Assembly: GCA_031414955.1 (NCBI GenBank)
Contig: JANOQV010000012.1
Coordinates: forward strand, 31,100 to 95,099
Reading direction: 5' to 3'
Origin: Pedosphaera sp.
Lineage (GTDB): Bacteria > Verrucomicrobiota > Verrucomicrobiia > Limisphaerales > SIBH01
DNA: 64,000 nucleotides
Both the position numbers and the translations under genes were made by a program. A model generated the notes under the pieces. The model made no database searches, was not told where the DNA came from, and was given only the letters and a program-made list of their open reading frames with translations. Positions 27,501 to 33,899 of the stretch are shown here, piece by piece (the first letter of the stretch is position 1; every line of letters begins with the position of its first letter).

Positions 27501-28317
27501 CTTGCGCCGTGGCCGCTTCGCCATTCGTCAGCGTGAGCGGCGGCCCAAACTGATTCGTCATCACGAGGCTGCCGTCGATCAGCGTCACCCGCGTGGCGTC
27601 ATTGTCATCCACCTCGATCACGAATTCCGTGCCGAGAATGGCCGCGTAGGCGGAAGGTGTCTGCACCGGCAACGTGCCCGGCTCGTCGCGGTGAAAGTAG
27701 TAGAGCAGGCCGCGCAGCAACTGGACGCCGCCGCCCTTCTCCTCGGGAATGCGAACGAAGCTCAGCGGACCGAGGCGCAGCGTGCTGTGATCGGAGAGTT
27801 GCACCACGGCGCGGCTGCGTTCCATCGTGCGCAGACTGTCCCCGGGGAACAGCACCTGATTGGTGTAGCCCGGATCCCGGGCCGGGGAGTTGCCGCGCGA
27901 GACGAATATTTTCCCTTCAAAGCCCAGCAGCACCGCCTCCGTTTTCTGCGCCGCGCCCGCCGTGGTTCCGATCCCGCCCAGGACGATGGCCCACAGCGCC
28001 AGCGCGAAGCCAATGTAACGCCGCGTTATTCTCCCTCTCCCCTCACCGGGGAGAGGGCCGGGGTGAGGGGTGAGAATGGCAGTGGGCGGTGGTTGGCAAA
28101 CGACAGTGCTCGGACGATCCCACCCCTCACCCTCAATCCCTCTCCCCGTTGAGGAGAGAGGGAAGCCCGCCACGGACGCGCTCTTCATGGAAAGAGAGCC
28201 ATCCTCCTGAGTGTGCGGCAAGCTGCGCCGGCTTTCGCCGCGAGCCTCCCCAGCCGCGCCAACACTTCTGCTCCGCTGTTTCGAGGAAGGTTCAAGTTCA
28301 CATTTCATGCGTGTCAT
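24508..28317 (-). CDS. FecR-domain + TPR-repeat + C-terminal outer-membrane beta-barrel protein
   Basis: Hydrophobic segment 'YIGFALALWAIVLGGIGTTAGAAQ'. FecR-like block 'KIFVSRGNSPARDPGYTNQVLFPGDSLRT..AVVQLSDHSTLRLGPLSFVRI'. TPR-like helices run to about aa 700. A Gly/Tyr/aromatic-rich strand pattern follows, ending '...TYVARLKFNF'. The N-terminal ~95 aa are repeat-derived, so the true start is uncertain. Confidence 0.7.
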   Translation of the reverse strand: MTRMKCELEPSSKQRSRSVGAAGEARGESRRSLPHTQEDGSLSMKSASVAGFPLSSTGRGIEGEGWDRPSTVVCQPPPTAILTPHPGPLPGEGRGRITRRYIGFALALWAIVLGGIGTTAGAAQKTEAVLLGFEGKIFVSRGNSPARDPGYTNQVLFPGDSLRTMERSRAVVQLSDHSTLRLGPLSFVRIPEEKGGGVQLLRGLLYYFHRDEPGTLPVQTPSAYAAILGTEFVIEVDDNDATRVTLIDGSLVMTNQFGPPLTLTNGEAATAQVNSAPVKVPALEAVNVIQWVLYYPGVLDLEELPLTPAEAQALEASLAAYRSGDLIAAVTNYPANRQPASDAEKVYLAALDLAVGEVGLAQAALNTIPDVNSPAASIARALRTVMAAIQLRPHPGPLPQEREQGAAGTATKLLAESYFAQSRGELKEALEFARRATGVSPGFSFAWARVAELEFSFGRTTPAREAVEKSLSLAPRNAHAVALRGFLFAADNRTREAIAAFDEAIVLNSAMGNAWLGRGLCRIRRGDLAGGREDLQVAATVEPQRAIFRSYLGKAFSNERDVLRARKELHLAQSLDPNDPTAWLYSALLNRDVNRINEGVRDLEHARELNENRRVFRPRLTLDQDLAVQAVNLAGLYDDAGMLEVSAREAGRAVEADPANYSTHLFLAETYERRRDPARISQRFETAAVTEYLLANLLAPIGAGTLAQSVTQNEYSKLFERDGLGVSSSTEYYSRGAWWQSGAQYGSVENFSYAVSAFYNSDQGQRASNDLEQNELSLQLKYQITPEDSLYFHAVRSEIEGGDLLTRQDPASANRTLRVEERQEPLLLAGWQHKWAPGVHTLALVGWLQDEMMVKNGQQQTLLLGKDSGGKVTDAVPILIEQKYATDLGLFTAELQQLWQTENHAFIVGGRYQAGQFETRSEQMNAQVPPPIPGFVSALFPTGRESVDSQMERASGYGYYHWRPVTPLLLVAGVSYDWLRYPVNFRYAPLGAGEDETDQISPKGGLIWTPTDRTTLRAAYSQSLGGVGFDQSFRLEPTQVAGFNQAFRSIIPESIAGANSAASFENWGASIEQRFGKGTYVGLSGEWLRSELERDFGVYDFLPSFQVARSSTRQRLDYQERTVALTLNQLVADDWSLGVRYRVSYAELESHFRDIPGNALTALDFHSRTKSDALLHQVNLFAIFNHRSGFFSQAEALWNGQINGGAGAGTDDEFWQFNLYAGWRGFQRRFEVRVGVLNLTGEDYRLSPLNLTAELPRERTYVARLKFNF
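27109..27145. repeat. 'CTCTCC..GGAGAG-GGCCGGGGTGAGG' hairpin repeat in frame inside the TPR region of the FecR-barrel gene
   Basis: CTCCCTCTCC-TGG-GGGAGAGGGCCGGGGTGAGGGCGC. Encodes ...RPHPGPLPQEREQGA... The same family occurs at 28031-28164. Confidence 0.75.
28031..28164. repeat. Composite palindromic repeat (two inverted copies of the 'GGGAGAGGGCCGGGGTGAGGGG' family) within the 5' end of the FecR-barrel ORF
   Basis: CTCCCTCTCCCCTCACCGGGGAGAGGGCCGGGGTGAGGGGTGAG ... CCCACCCCTCACCCTCAATCCCTCTCCCCGTTGAGGAGAGAGGGAAG. Encodes ...GIEGEGWDRP...TPHPGPLPGEGRGRI... upstream of the only hydrophobic segment. Confidence 0.8.
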
Positions 28318-28326
28318 CTCGCCAGG

Positions 28327-28354
28327 GATACGTATGGGACCCGTCGAGTTTTAA
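28327..28354 (-). promoter_or_regulatory. Weaker copy of the same bipartite motif facing the FecR-barrel/kinase/sigma operon: TTAAAA-N16-CGTATC
   Basis: The minus strand reads GAAAGATTAAAAC-TCGACGGGTCCCATA-CGTATCCC. It has one mismatch in the -35-like hexamer and the same 16-nt spacing. It lies only ~10 nt from the first ATG of the ORF, so it would imply a downstream start. Confidence 0.25.
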
Positions 28355-28372
28355 TCTTTCTGCAACTTTGTG

Positions 28373-28408
28373 AAGATTTTTTCAAAAAGGCCCGGCCGGT
28401 TGCGTGTT
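28373..28408 (+). promoter_or_regulatory. Candidate ECF-type promoter, distal copy upstream of RCC1 paralogue 1: AAGATTTTTTCAAA-N16-CGTGTT
   Basis: TTCAAA at 28381-28386, an exactly 16-nt spacer, CGTGTT at 28403-28408. One of five co-oriented copies of the same bipartite motif. Confidence 0.4.
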
Positions 28409-28440
28409 CATGCCAGTGCAGGCAGCCGCGCAAATTGTTT

Positions 28441-28700
28441 TCAGCCGCTCTGGTCCACCGCCGAGACGGGAAGAGCGCAGAGGTTTTCCGGCCGGGATCT
28501 CTGTACTGCAATCCATCCGAATCCTCGTGCGCCGCGAGGATTTCTGCCCGCCTGATCCACCGCCGAGGCGGGAAGGGCGCAGAGACAGCGCGTTCGGAAA
28601 GCTCTGCCCCCTTCCCGCCTCTGCGGTGGATCAGCCCGTTCCCTTTGGTTGCGGCTCCGCCGCGCTGTGTCCTTCCCGTCTCTGTGGTGCCACCGGGTGG
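28441..28700. repeat. Cluster of four ~35-nt GC-rich repeats (family 'CTCTGCGCCCTTCCCGCCTCGGCGGTGGATCAG'), two forming a long hairpin
   Basis: GATCCACCGCCGAGGCGGGAAGGGCGCAGAG (about 28552-28582) and CTCTGCCCCCTTCCCGCCTCTGCGGTGGATC (about 28600-28630) are inverted. Further copies lie near 28450 and 28665, and at 34845-34935 upstream of paralogue 2. Confidence 0.75.
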
Positions 28701-28745
28701 ATCGTTTGGTTGCGGCTTGGCCGCTCCGTGTCCAGCCGTGGTTAA

Positions 28746-28781
28746 AAGATATTTTCAAAAAGGCCCGGCCCGTTGCGTATT
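28746..28781 (+). promoter_or_regulatory. Candidate ECF-type promoter, proximal copy upstream of RCC1 paralogue 1: AAGATATTTTCAAA-N16-CGTATT
   Basis: TTCAAA at 28754-28759, 16-nt spacer, CGTATT at 28776-28781. About 110 nt upstream of the ATG at 28892. Confidence 0.45.
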
Positions 28782-28891
28782 GCTCTGTAGAGATGGACAG
28801 GATGTGTTATGACAGGACCCGAATTGCCCAGGTCATCCGGCGACGAGGCGCAGCTTTGTCCGCGAATGACACCCCGGCGGCTACTTGACGA

Positions 28892-31800
28892 ATGAAATTT
28901 TGCTTCACAGTTTGCGGTGATCCAAGGCGGCGGTGGCGTGGCCCTGCGGCCCTGCGGCGGTGGCGGCTTCTTCTGCTGCTGGGGTCCGCGCTCCTCCTCC
29001 TGTGCGCCTGGCTCGGAATGGGCACCGCTTATGCCGCTACTCCCGGCGCGGTGCTGGGGTGGGGAATCTCCTCCCAAAGTTACATGCCCCTCGCGACGCA
29101 GAGTGGGGTGGTGGCCGTTGCGGCGGGACAGTATCGCGCGGTGGCCTTGAAGACCGACGGGAGCTTGCTGGCGTGGACACCCTTCGCCTACGAGGTAACG
29201 ACCGTGCCCGTGGAGGCGCAGAGCGGGGTGATGGCCATTGCAGCGGGAGGGGATAACATCGTGGCCTTGAAGACCAACGGGAGCGTGCTGGAGTGGCTGG
29301 TGTGGGGAGACAACTGGTCCGTCCAAACGGTGCCCGTGGAGGCGCAGAGCGGGGTGACGGCCATTGCAGCGGGAAGCTTTCACGCCGCGGCCTTGAAGAC
29401 CAACGGGAGCGTGGTGGCGTGGGGATCCACCGTCCACGGCCAAACGACGGTACCGGTCACGGCGCAGAGCGGAGTGATAGCGATTGCAGCGGGAGGTTCT
29501 CACACCGTGGCCTTGAAGTATGACGGGAGCGTGGTGGCGTGGGGTTATAACGCCTACGGCCAAACCAATGTGCCCGTGGCCGCGCAAAGCGGGGTGGCGG
29601 CCATTGCGGCGGGAAAATATCACACCGTAGCCTTGAAGTATGACGGGAGCGTGGTGGCGTGGGGAGACAACGGCTTCGGCCAAACGACGGTGCCCGCGGC
29701 GGCGCAGAGTGGAGTGATGGCCATTGCAGCCGGATACGGACACACCGTGGCCTTGAAGACCAACGGGAGCGTGCTGGCGTGGGGAGACAACTGGGCCGGC
29801 CAAACGACGGTGCCCGTGGCGGCGCAGAGTGGAGTGACGGCGATCGCGGCGGGAGAGGGACATACCGTGGCGCTCGTCATCCCGACTCCCCCCACCATCA
29901 CCACTCAACCCGTGAGCCTGACGGTGAACGCGGGGCAGAGCGCGAGCTTCACCGTGGTGGCCACGGGTTTTCCCTTGAACTACCAATGGTTCAAGGACGG
30001 AACCAATCTCAACGGGGTAACGAGCCACGGCCACGGCTTGGACCACGCATCGTTCAATGACGCGGGAAGCTACACCGTGGTGGTGACCAACTCTGTCGGG
30101 AGCGTGACGAGCGCGCCACCGGCGGTGCTGACGGTGAACGCGGCGCTTCCCGGCGCGGTGGTGGAGTGGGGAGTCAACTTCTCGGGCCAAGTGAATGTGC
30201 CTGTGGCGGCGCAGAGCGGGGTGACCGCCATTGCGGCGGGAGAGTATCACACGGTGGCCTTGAAGACCGACGGGAGCGTGCTGGCGTGGGGACAAAACGA
30301 CGTTGGCCAAACGACCATTCCCGTTGAGGCCCAGAGCGGGGTGATGGCCATCGCCGCGGGAGAGATACATACCGTGGCGCTGAAGAATGACGGAAGCGTG
30401 GTGGCGTGGGGAGACAACGCGGAAGACCAAACGACCGTGCCCCTGGCGGCCCAGAGTGGAGTGACGGCCATTGCGGCGGGAGCATATCACACCGTGGCCT
30501 TAAAGAACGACGGAAGCGTGGTGGCCTGGGGATACGCCGGCATCGTAACGACGGTGCCCGTGATGGCGCAGAGCGGGGTGACGGCCATCGCGGCGGGAGG
30601 CTATCACACCGTCGCCTTGAAGAATGACGGAAGCGTGGTGGCGTGGGGAGACAACTGGGCTGGCCAAACGATCGTGCCCGTTGCAGCGCAGAGCGGGGTG
30701 ATGGCCGTTGCGGCAGGAAACTCCCACACCGTGGCCTTGAAGACTGACGGGAGCGTGCTGGCGTGGGGAGACGGCTCTTACGGCCAAATGAATGTGCCTG
30801 TGCCGGCACAAAGCGGAGTGACGGCCATTGCGGCGGGATATGGCCACACCGTGGCCTTGAAGAACGACGGGAGCGTGATGGTCTGGGGCCGCAACGACTA
30901 CGGCCAAGCAACGGTGCCCGTGGCGGCGCAGAGCAGAGTGACGGCCATTGCGGCGAGAGGTGGTCACACCGTGGCGCTGCTCGGAGATGGGAGGCCGGTG
31001 GTGACCGTGCCACCGGTGGAACAAACCGCGCTCCTCGGTAACACCTTCCGCCTGGCGGCCATGGTCGTGGGCAACGGGCCGTTGTTTTATCAGTGGCGCT
31101 TCAACGGAGTGGACATCGCCGGAGCGACCAATGCCCTGCTCGAACTTCTCAACGTGCAAACCAATCAGGCGGGTGGTTACACGTTCGTCGTGACCAATGC
31201 CCTCGGCGCGGTAACGGGCGCGGTGGCGCAAGTGACAGTTCTCGTTCCGGCGCACGTTGATCCCTTGCCGCCGAGCACCACGGTGTTGCTTGGCTCCAAC
31301 GTGACGCTGTCTGCGAATGCGGAGGGCACGCCGCCGCTGCGGTATCAGTGGCGCAAGAACGGGGCGAACATTCCGGGAGCCACGAACAGCAACTACACCA
31401 TCACCAACGTCCAGGTCAGCGATGGCGGCGCGTACACGGTGGTGGTGCAGAACGATTACGGCACAGCCACCAGCGACCCGACGCTGCTCATCGTCCAAGT
31501 GCCGCCCCAGGCTCCGGGCGATAATTTCGCCAACCGAGTCGCGATCATCGGCACCAACGGGGTGGTCGGGGGCACGAACCGTTTCGCGACCAAGGAAGCG
31601 GGCGAACCCAACCACGGCGGCAAGGCGGGCAGCAATTCAGTCTGGTACACCTGGCAGGCGCCGAGCAACGGCATCGCCACCTTCCGCACCCAGGGCAGCG
31701 TGTTCGACACCCTGCTCGGCGTTTACACCGGCGGCACCGTTTCCAATCTCACGACGGTCGCCAGCGACGAAGATCTCGGCGGCTTCTTCACCAGCGAAGT

Positions 31801-33100
31801 GCAGTTCAACGCCGTGGCCGGAACCGACTACCAGATCGCCGTCGATGGCTTCGCCGGGGGACAGGGCGAGTTCATCCTGGGCTGGGATCTGGAGATCACC
31901 AGCGACACCCTGCCCGTGATCACCACCCAACCACTTAGCCGGGCCGTGTTGATCGATTCAGACGTGACGTTCAACGTGTCTGCTACGGGAACCGGCCTGA
32001 CCTACCAATGGTTCTTCAACGGCTCCGCCCTCTCCGGCGCAACCAACACCGCCCTCACCCGCAGCAGCGTGCAAGCGGCGGATGTCGGCTACTACACCGT
32101 GCGCGTGCGCAACAGCGTGGGACGTGAAGTGGACAGTCTGGCCGCAGCCTTGGAACTGGTGAGCGAGCTGCGGCCACTCTCCCAGGATAAGTTCGAGGAT
32201 CTACTGTCGCCGCCGGTCCCGGATCGTTACCCGCCCAAGGGCGGCTCCTCGTTCACCGTGTCGCTGGGGACGATCGATTATCAGATCGTGAGCAACGTGC
32301 GTTCGACGACCGATCTGGGCGAGCCGACCCCGTGCGACGTGATCGGCGGGGCCAGCCAGTGGATCACCCTGCGCGGGACGAGCAATGGGGTGTTCCGCAT
32401 CGACACCATCGGCAGCGCCATCAACACGGTGCTGACGGTCTATCGCTCGACCAACCTACTTTACCTCCACACGGCGCAAGTGGCCTGCGACGACAATGGC
32501 GCGCCGGACGGTGTGCGCAGCCTGCTCTGGTTCAATGCCACCGCCAACACCGATTACCTGGTGGTGGTGGACGGCGTGAACTCCGCGCGCGGCACCATCC
32601 ACATCAACTGGGCCTTCGGCCTGCCGCCCTCAGCAGCAACCAACAGCCTGCCGCCGCGCCACGCTTTTCTGCCCGGCCAGAGCCTGACGCTGCGCTCACC
32701 GGCGACCAACGGCCTTCCCCCGCCGCGTTTCCAGTGGCTTTGGAACGGCAGCCCGATCGTCGGTGCGACCAATGCGCTGCTCACCCTGACCAACCTGCAA
32801 TCGGCCCAGGTCGGTTTCTACACTGTGGTAGTCAGCAATGCCCTGGGCATACTGACCTACGCGACCGACCTCAGCCTGGAGGTGCCCACCTTCCAGGCCG
32901 AACTCACGCTGACCAACAAGACGCTGCGCCTCTGGCTGCCCACTACGACTAATCAAATCACCATCGTGGAAACTTCCACCAACCTCCTGAACTGGACGCC
33001 GGTGTACTTTTACGCGCCGCCCCAGAACAACTACTTCGACCTCTCCATCACCAACGCCGCCCAGCAGTTCTTCCGCACGCGTTCGATCACCGGGCCGTAA
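28892..33100 (+). CDS. Giant secreted RCC1-repeat (two 7-bladed propellers) / Ig-like / PPC-like multidomain surface protein, paralogue 1
   Basis: Signal segment 'RLLLLLGSALLLLCAWLGMGTAYA'. There are 14 blades of ~39 aa, 'GQTTVPVAAQSGV.AIAAG..HTVALK.DGSV.AWG.N'. Ig-like modules carry 'YQW..NG..I.GATN..L.L.NVQ...G.Y..VV.N..G'. Two modules carry 'GEP.H...SVWY.W.AP..G...F.T.GS.FDT.L.VY.G'. A C-terminal ~70-aa tail ends 'QQFFRTRSITGP'. Confidence 0.85.
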   Translation: MKFCFTVCGDPRRRWRGPAALRRWRLLLLLGSALLLLCAWLGMGTAYAATPGAVLGWGISSQSYMPLATQSGVVAVAAGQYRAVALKTDGSLLAWTPFAYEVTTVPVEAQSGVMAIAAGGDNIVALKTNGSVLEWLVWGDNWSVQTVPVEAQSGVTAIAAGSFHAAALKTNGSVVAWGSTVHGQTTVPVTAQSGVIAIAAGGSHTVALKYDGSVVAWGYNAYGQTNVPVAAQSGVAAIAAGKYHTVALKYDGSVVAWGDNGFGQTTVPAAAQSGVMAIAAGYGHTVALKTNGSVLAWGDNWAGQTTVPVAAQSGVTAIAAGEGHTVALVIPTPPTITTQPVSLTVNAGQSASFTVVATGFPLNYQWFKDGTNLNGVTSHGHGLDHASFNDAGSYTVVVTNSVGSVTSAPPAVLTVNAALPGAVVEWGVNFSGQVNVPVAAQSGVTAIAAGEYHTVALKTDGSVLAWGQNDVGQTTIPVEAQSGVMAIAAGEIHTVALKNDGSVVAWGDNAEDQTTVPLAAQSGVTAIAAGAYHTVALKNDGSVVAWGYAGIVTTVPVMAQSGVTAIAAGGYHTVALKNDGSVVAWGDNWAGQTIVPVAAQSGVMAVAAGNSHTVALKTDGSVLAWGDGSYGQMNVPVPAQSGVTAIAAGYGHTVALKNDGSVMVWGRNDYGQATVPVAAQSRVTAIAARGGHTVALLGDGRPVVTVPPVEQTALLGNTFRLAAMVVGNGPLFYQWRFNGVDIAGATNALLELLNVQTNQAGGYTFVVTNALGAVTGAVAQVTVLVPAHVDPLPPSTTVLLGSNVTLSANAEGTPPLRYQWRKNGANIPGATNSNYTITNVQVSDGGAYTVVVQNDYGTATSDPTLLIVQVPPQAPGDNFANRVAIIGTNGVVGGTNRFATKEAGEPNHGGKAGSNSVWYTWQAPSNGIATFRTQGSVFDTLLGVYTGGTVSNLTTVASDEDLGGFFTSEVQFNAVAGTDYQIAVDGFAGGQGEFILGWDLEITSDTLPVITTQPLSRAVLIDSDVTFNVSATGTGLTYQWFFNGSALSGATNTALTRSSVQAADVGYYTVRVRNSVGREVDSLAAALELVSELRPLSQDKFEDLLSPPVPDRYPPKGGSSFTVSLGTIDYQIVSNVRSTTDLGEPTPCDVIGGASQWITLRGTSNGVFRIDTIGSAINTVLTVYRSTNLLYLHTAQVACDDNGAPDGVRSLLWFNATANTDYLVVVDGVNSARGTIHINWAFGLPPSAATNSLPPRHAFLPGQSLTLRSPATNGLPPPRFQWLWNGSPIVGATNALLTLTNLQSAQVGFYTVVVSNALGILTYATDLSLEVPTFQAELTLTNKTLRLWLPTTTNQITIVETSTNLLNWTPVYFYAPPQNNYFDLSITNAAQQFFRTRSITGP

Positions 33101-33101
33101 C

Positions 33102-33119
33102 GCCGACATTCGTGTCGGC
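33102..33119 (+). terminator. Stem-loop immediately after the RCC1 paralogue 1 stop (possible terminator or RNA-stabilising hairpin)
   Basis: GCCGACA-TTCG-TGTCGGC, a 7-bp stem with a UUCG tetraloop, begins 2 nt after the TAA. No U-tract follows. Confidence 0.3.
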
Positions 33120-33149
33120 CGGTCAAGACGCTTTCCAGCGTCGCCCCGC

Positions 33150-33432
33150 CAGTTGAGTTGGCCGGTGGCGTTGGCCTCCGCGGTGCCTCCAAGCCCTGTC
33201 CGACCTCCCGCCGCCCCATGCTTCGCGCGAGCGTCTTGGAGTGCGGTAGCCCTCTACCGCTTTCCCCCTGACGGGGGATGAGTCCGAGAGCGAAGTTCTG
33301 CCCGCCGTCCTTTTCACACGCGCGGTCAAAGCGCCAGAGGACTGGCGCACTCCAAGCCCTGGCGGCCCTCCCAGCGCCCCGTGCTTCGCGGAGCGTCTTG
33401 GACTGCAGTAGCCCTCTACCGCTTTTCGTTCG
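33150..33432. repeat. Two tandem copies of a ~120-150-nt intergenic repeat (family '...GCTTCGCG.GAGCGTCTTGGA.TGC.GTAGCCCTCTACCGCTTT')
   Basis: 33205-33265 and 33375-33425 align nearly base for base. They generate the spurious minus-strand ORFs with 'GLPHSKTLAR' / 'LLQSKTLREA' and 'SAPVLWRF' peptides. Confidence 0.8.
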
Positions 33433-33579
33433 CAGTGCGCCGCGCCCACGACAAATCCCGCGCCTACTTCCTTCCCCCGCCCGCCGCCAAGGCGCCACGG
33501 CCCTCTCACCTCCATCGCTCGTAGCAGCCGACGTCAGGAGGCTCCGATCCATTTCCCCTTTCTGCTTTTCCAGACGCCC

Positions 33580-33597
33580 TTGACAATCTGGTGTCAA
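33580..33597 (+). promoter_or_regulatory. Putative TacA/TacT promoter -35 embedded in an operator-like palindrome TTGACA-N6-TGTCAA
   Basis: Perfect TTGACA (33580-33585) and its reverse complement TGTCAA (33592-33597), about 20-35 nt upstream of the antitoxin ATG. TA operons are typically autorepressed at such palindromes. Confidence 0.35.
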
Positions 33598-33614
33598 AGT
33601 GGCACCAAGCTGGA

Positions 33615-33899
33615 ATGGAACATGTCATCGAACAGCCTCGCAAGCGGATCACGGCCCGCGTTTCGGACACGGTGCGCGTGACGCTGGAACAGGCGGCGGA
33701 GCTTTTGGGTTCGACCGTCAACCAGTTCGTCGTGCAAACGGCGTATCAGGAAGCGCAGCGCGTGGTGGAGCGTGAGACGGTCATCCGGCTGTCGCAGAAA
33801 GACGCGCGGAAGGTTCTTTCCCTGCTCGACCATCCGCCCAAACCCAACCAGCGTCTCAAGGACGCGGTAAAAGAATTCAAAGGCACGGTGCGTGCGTAA
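33615..33899 (+). CDS. DUF1778-family (TacA/KacA-type, RHH) antitoxin
   Basis: 'RKRITARVSDTVRVTLEQAAELLGSTVNQFVVQTAYQEAQRVVERE..I.LS..D....L..L..PP.PN..L..A' matches the DUF1778 antitoxin pattern. It overlaps the downstream toxin gene by 8 nt. The Met at 33615 gives the usual ~94 aa. Confidence 0.85.
   Translation: MEHVIEQPRKRITARVSDTVRVTLEQAAELLGSTVNQFVVQTAYQEAQRVVERETVIRLSQKDARKVLSLLDHPPKPNQRLKDAVKEFKGTVRA

Noticed and set aside
28441-28700. Possible CRISPR array (regularly recurring ~35-nt GC-rich repeats); the same question arises for the 117-bp periodic repeats inside the RCC1 genes
   Set aside because: The repeats occur in both orientations and form hairpins with each other. Spacers are irregular and short. 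No cas genes are present. The 117-bp units are in-frame protein repeats.
28782-28891. Classical ECF 'GGAAC-N16/17-CGTC' promoter inside the conserved leader (around 'AGAACCCGAATTGCCCAGGTCAT')
   Set aside because: The GAAC is not conserved in paralogue 1 (GGACCC), and the spacing to GTC is only ~13 nt. The TTCAAA-N16-CGTAT motif further upstream is the better-supported candidate.
28742-31615. Long minus-strand ORFs (582 aa and 371 aa, plus 37997-39211 and 39341-40438 in paralogue 2) with striking periodic 'SPRHHAPV.LQGH.V..SRRNG.H.ALR' repeats
   Set aside because: The periodicity is only the reverse-complement reading of the RCC1 blade repeats. The + strand reading gives canonical RCC1/Ig motifs, a signal peptide and conserved ends.
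33031-33597. 188-aa and 130-aa minus-strand ORFs with 'GLPHSKTLAR', 'SAPVLWRF', 'AVEGYRTPRRS' peptides
   Set aside because: They are translations of tandem intergenic repeat units (33150-33432). The same peptide-like strings recur because the DNA repeat recurs, not because a protein is encoded.
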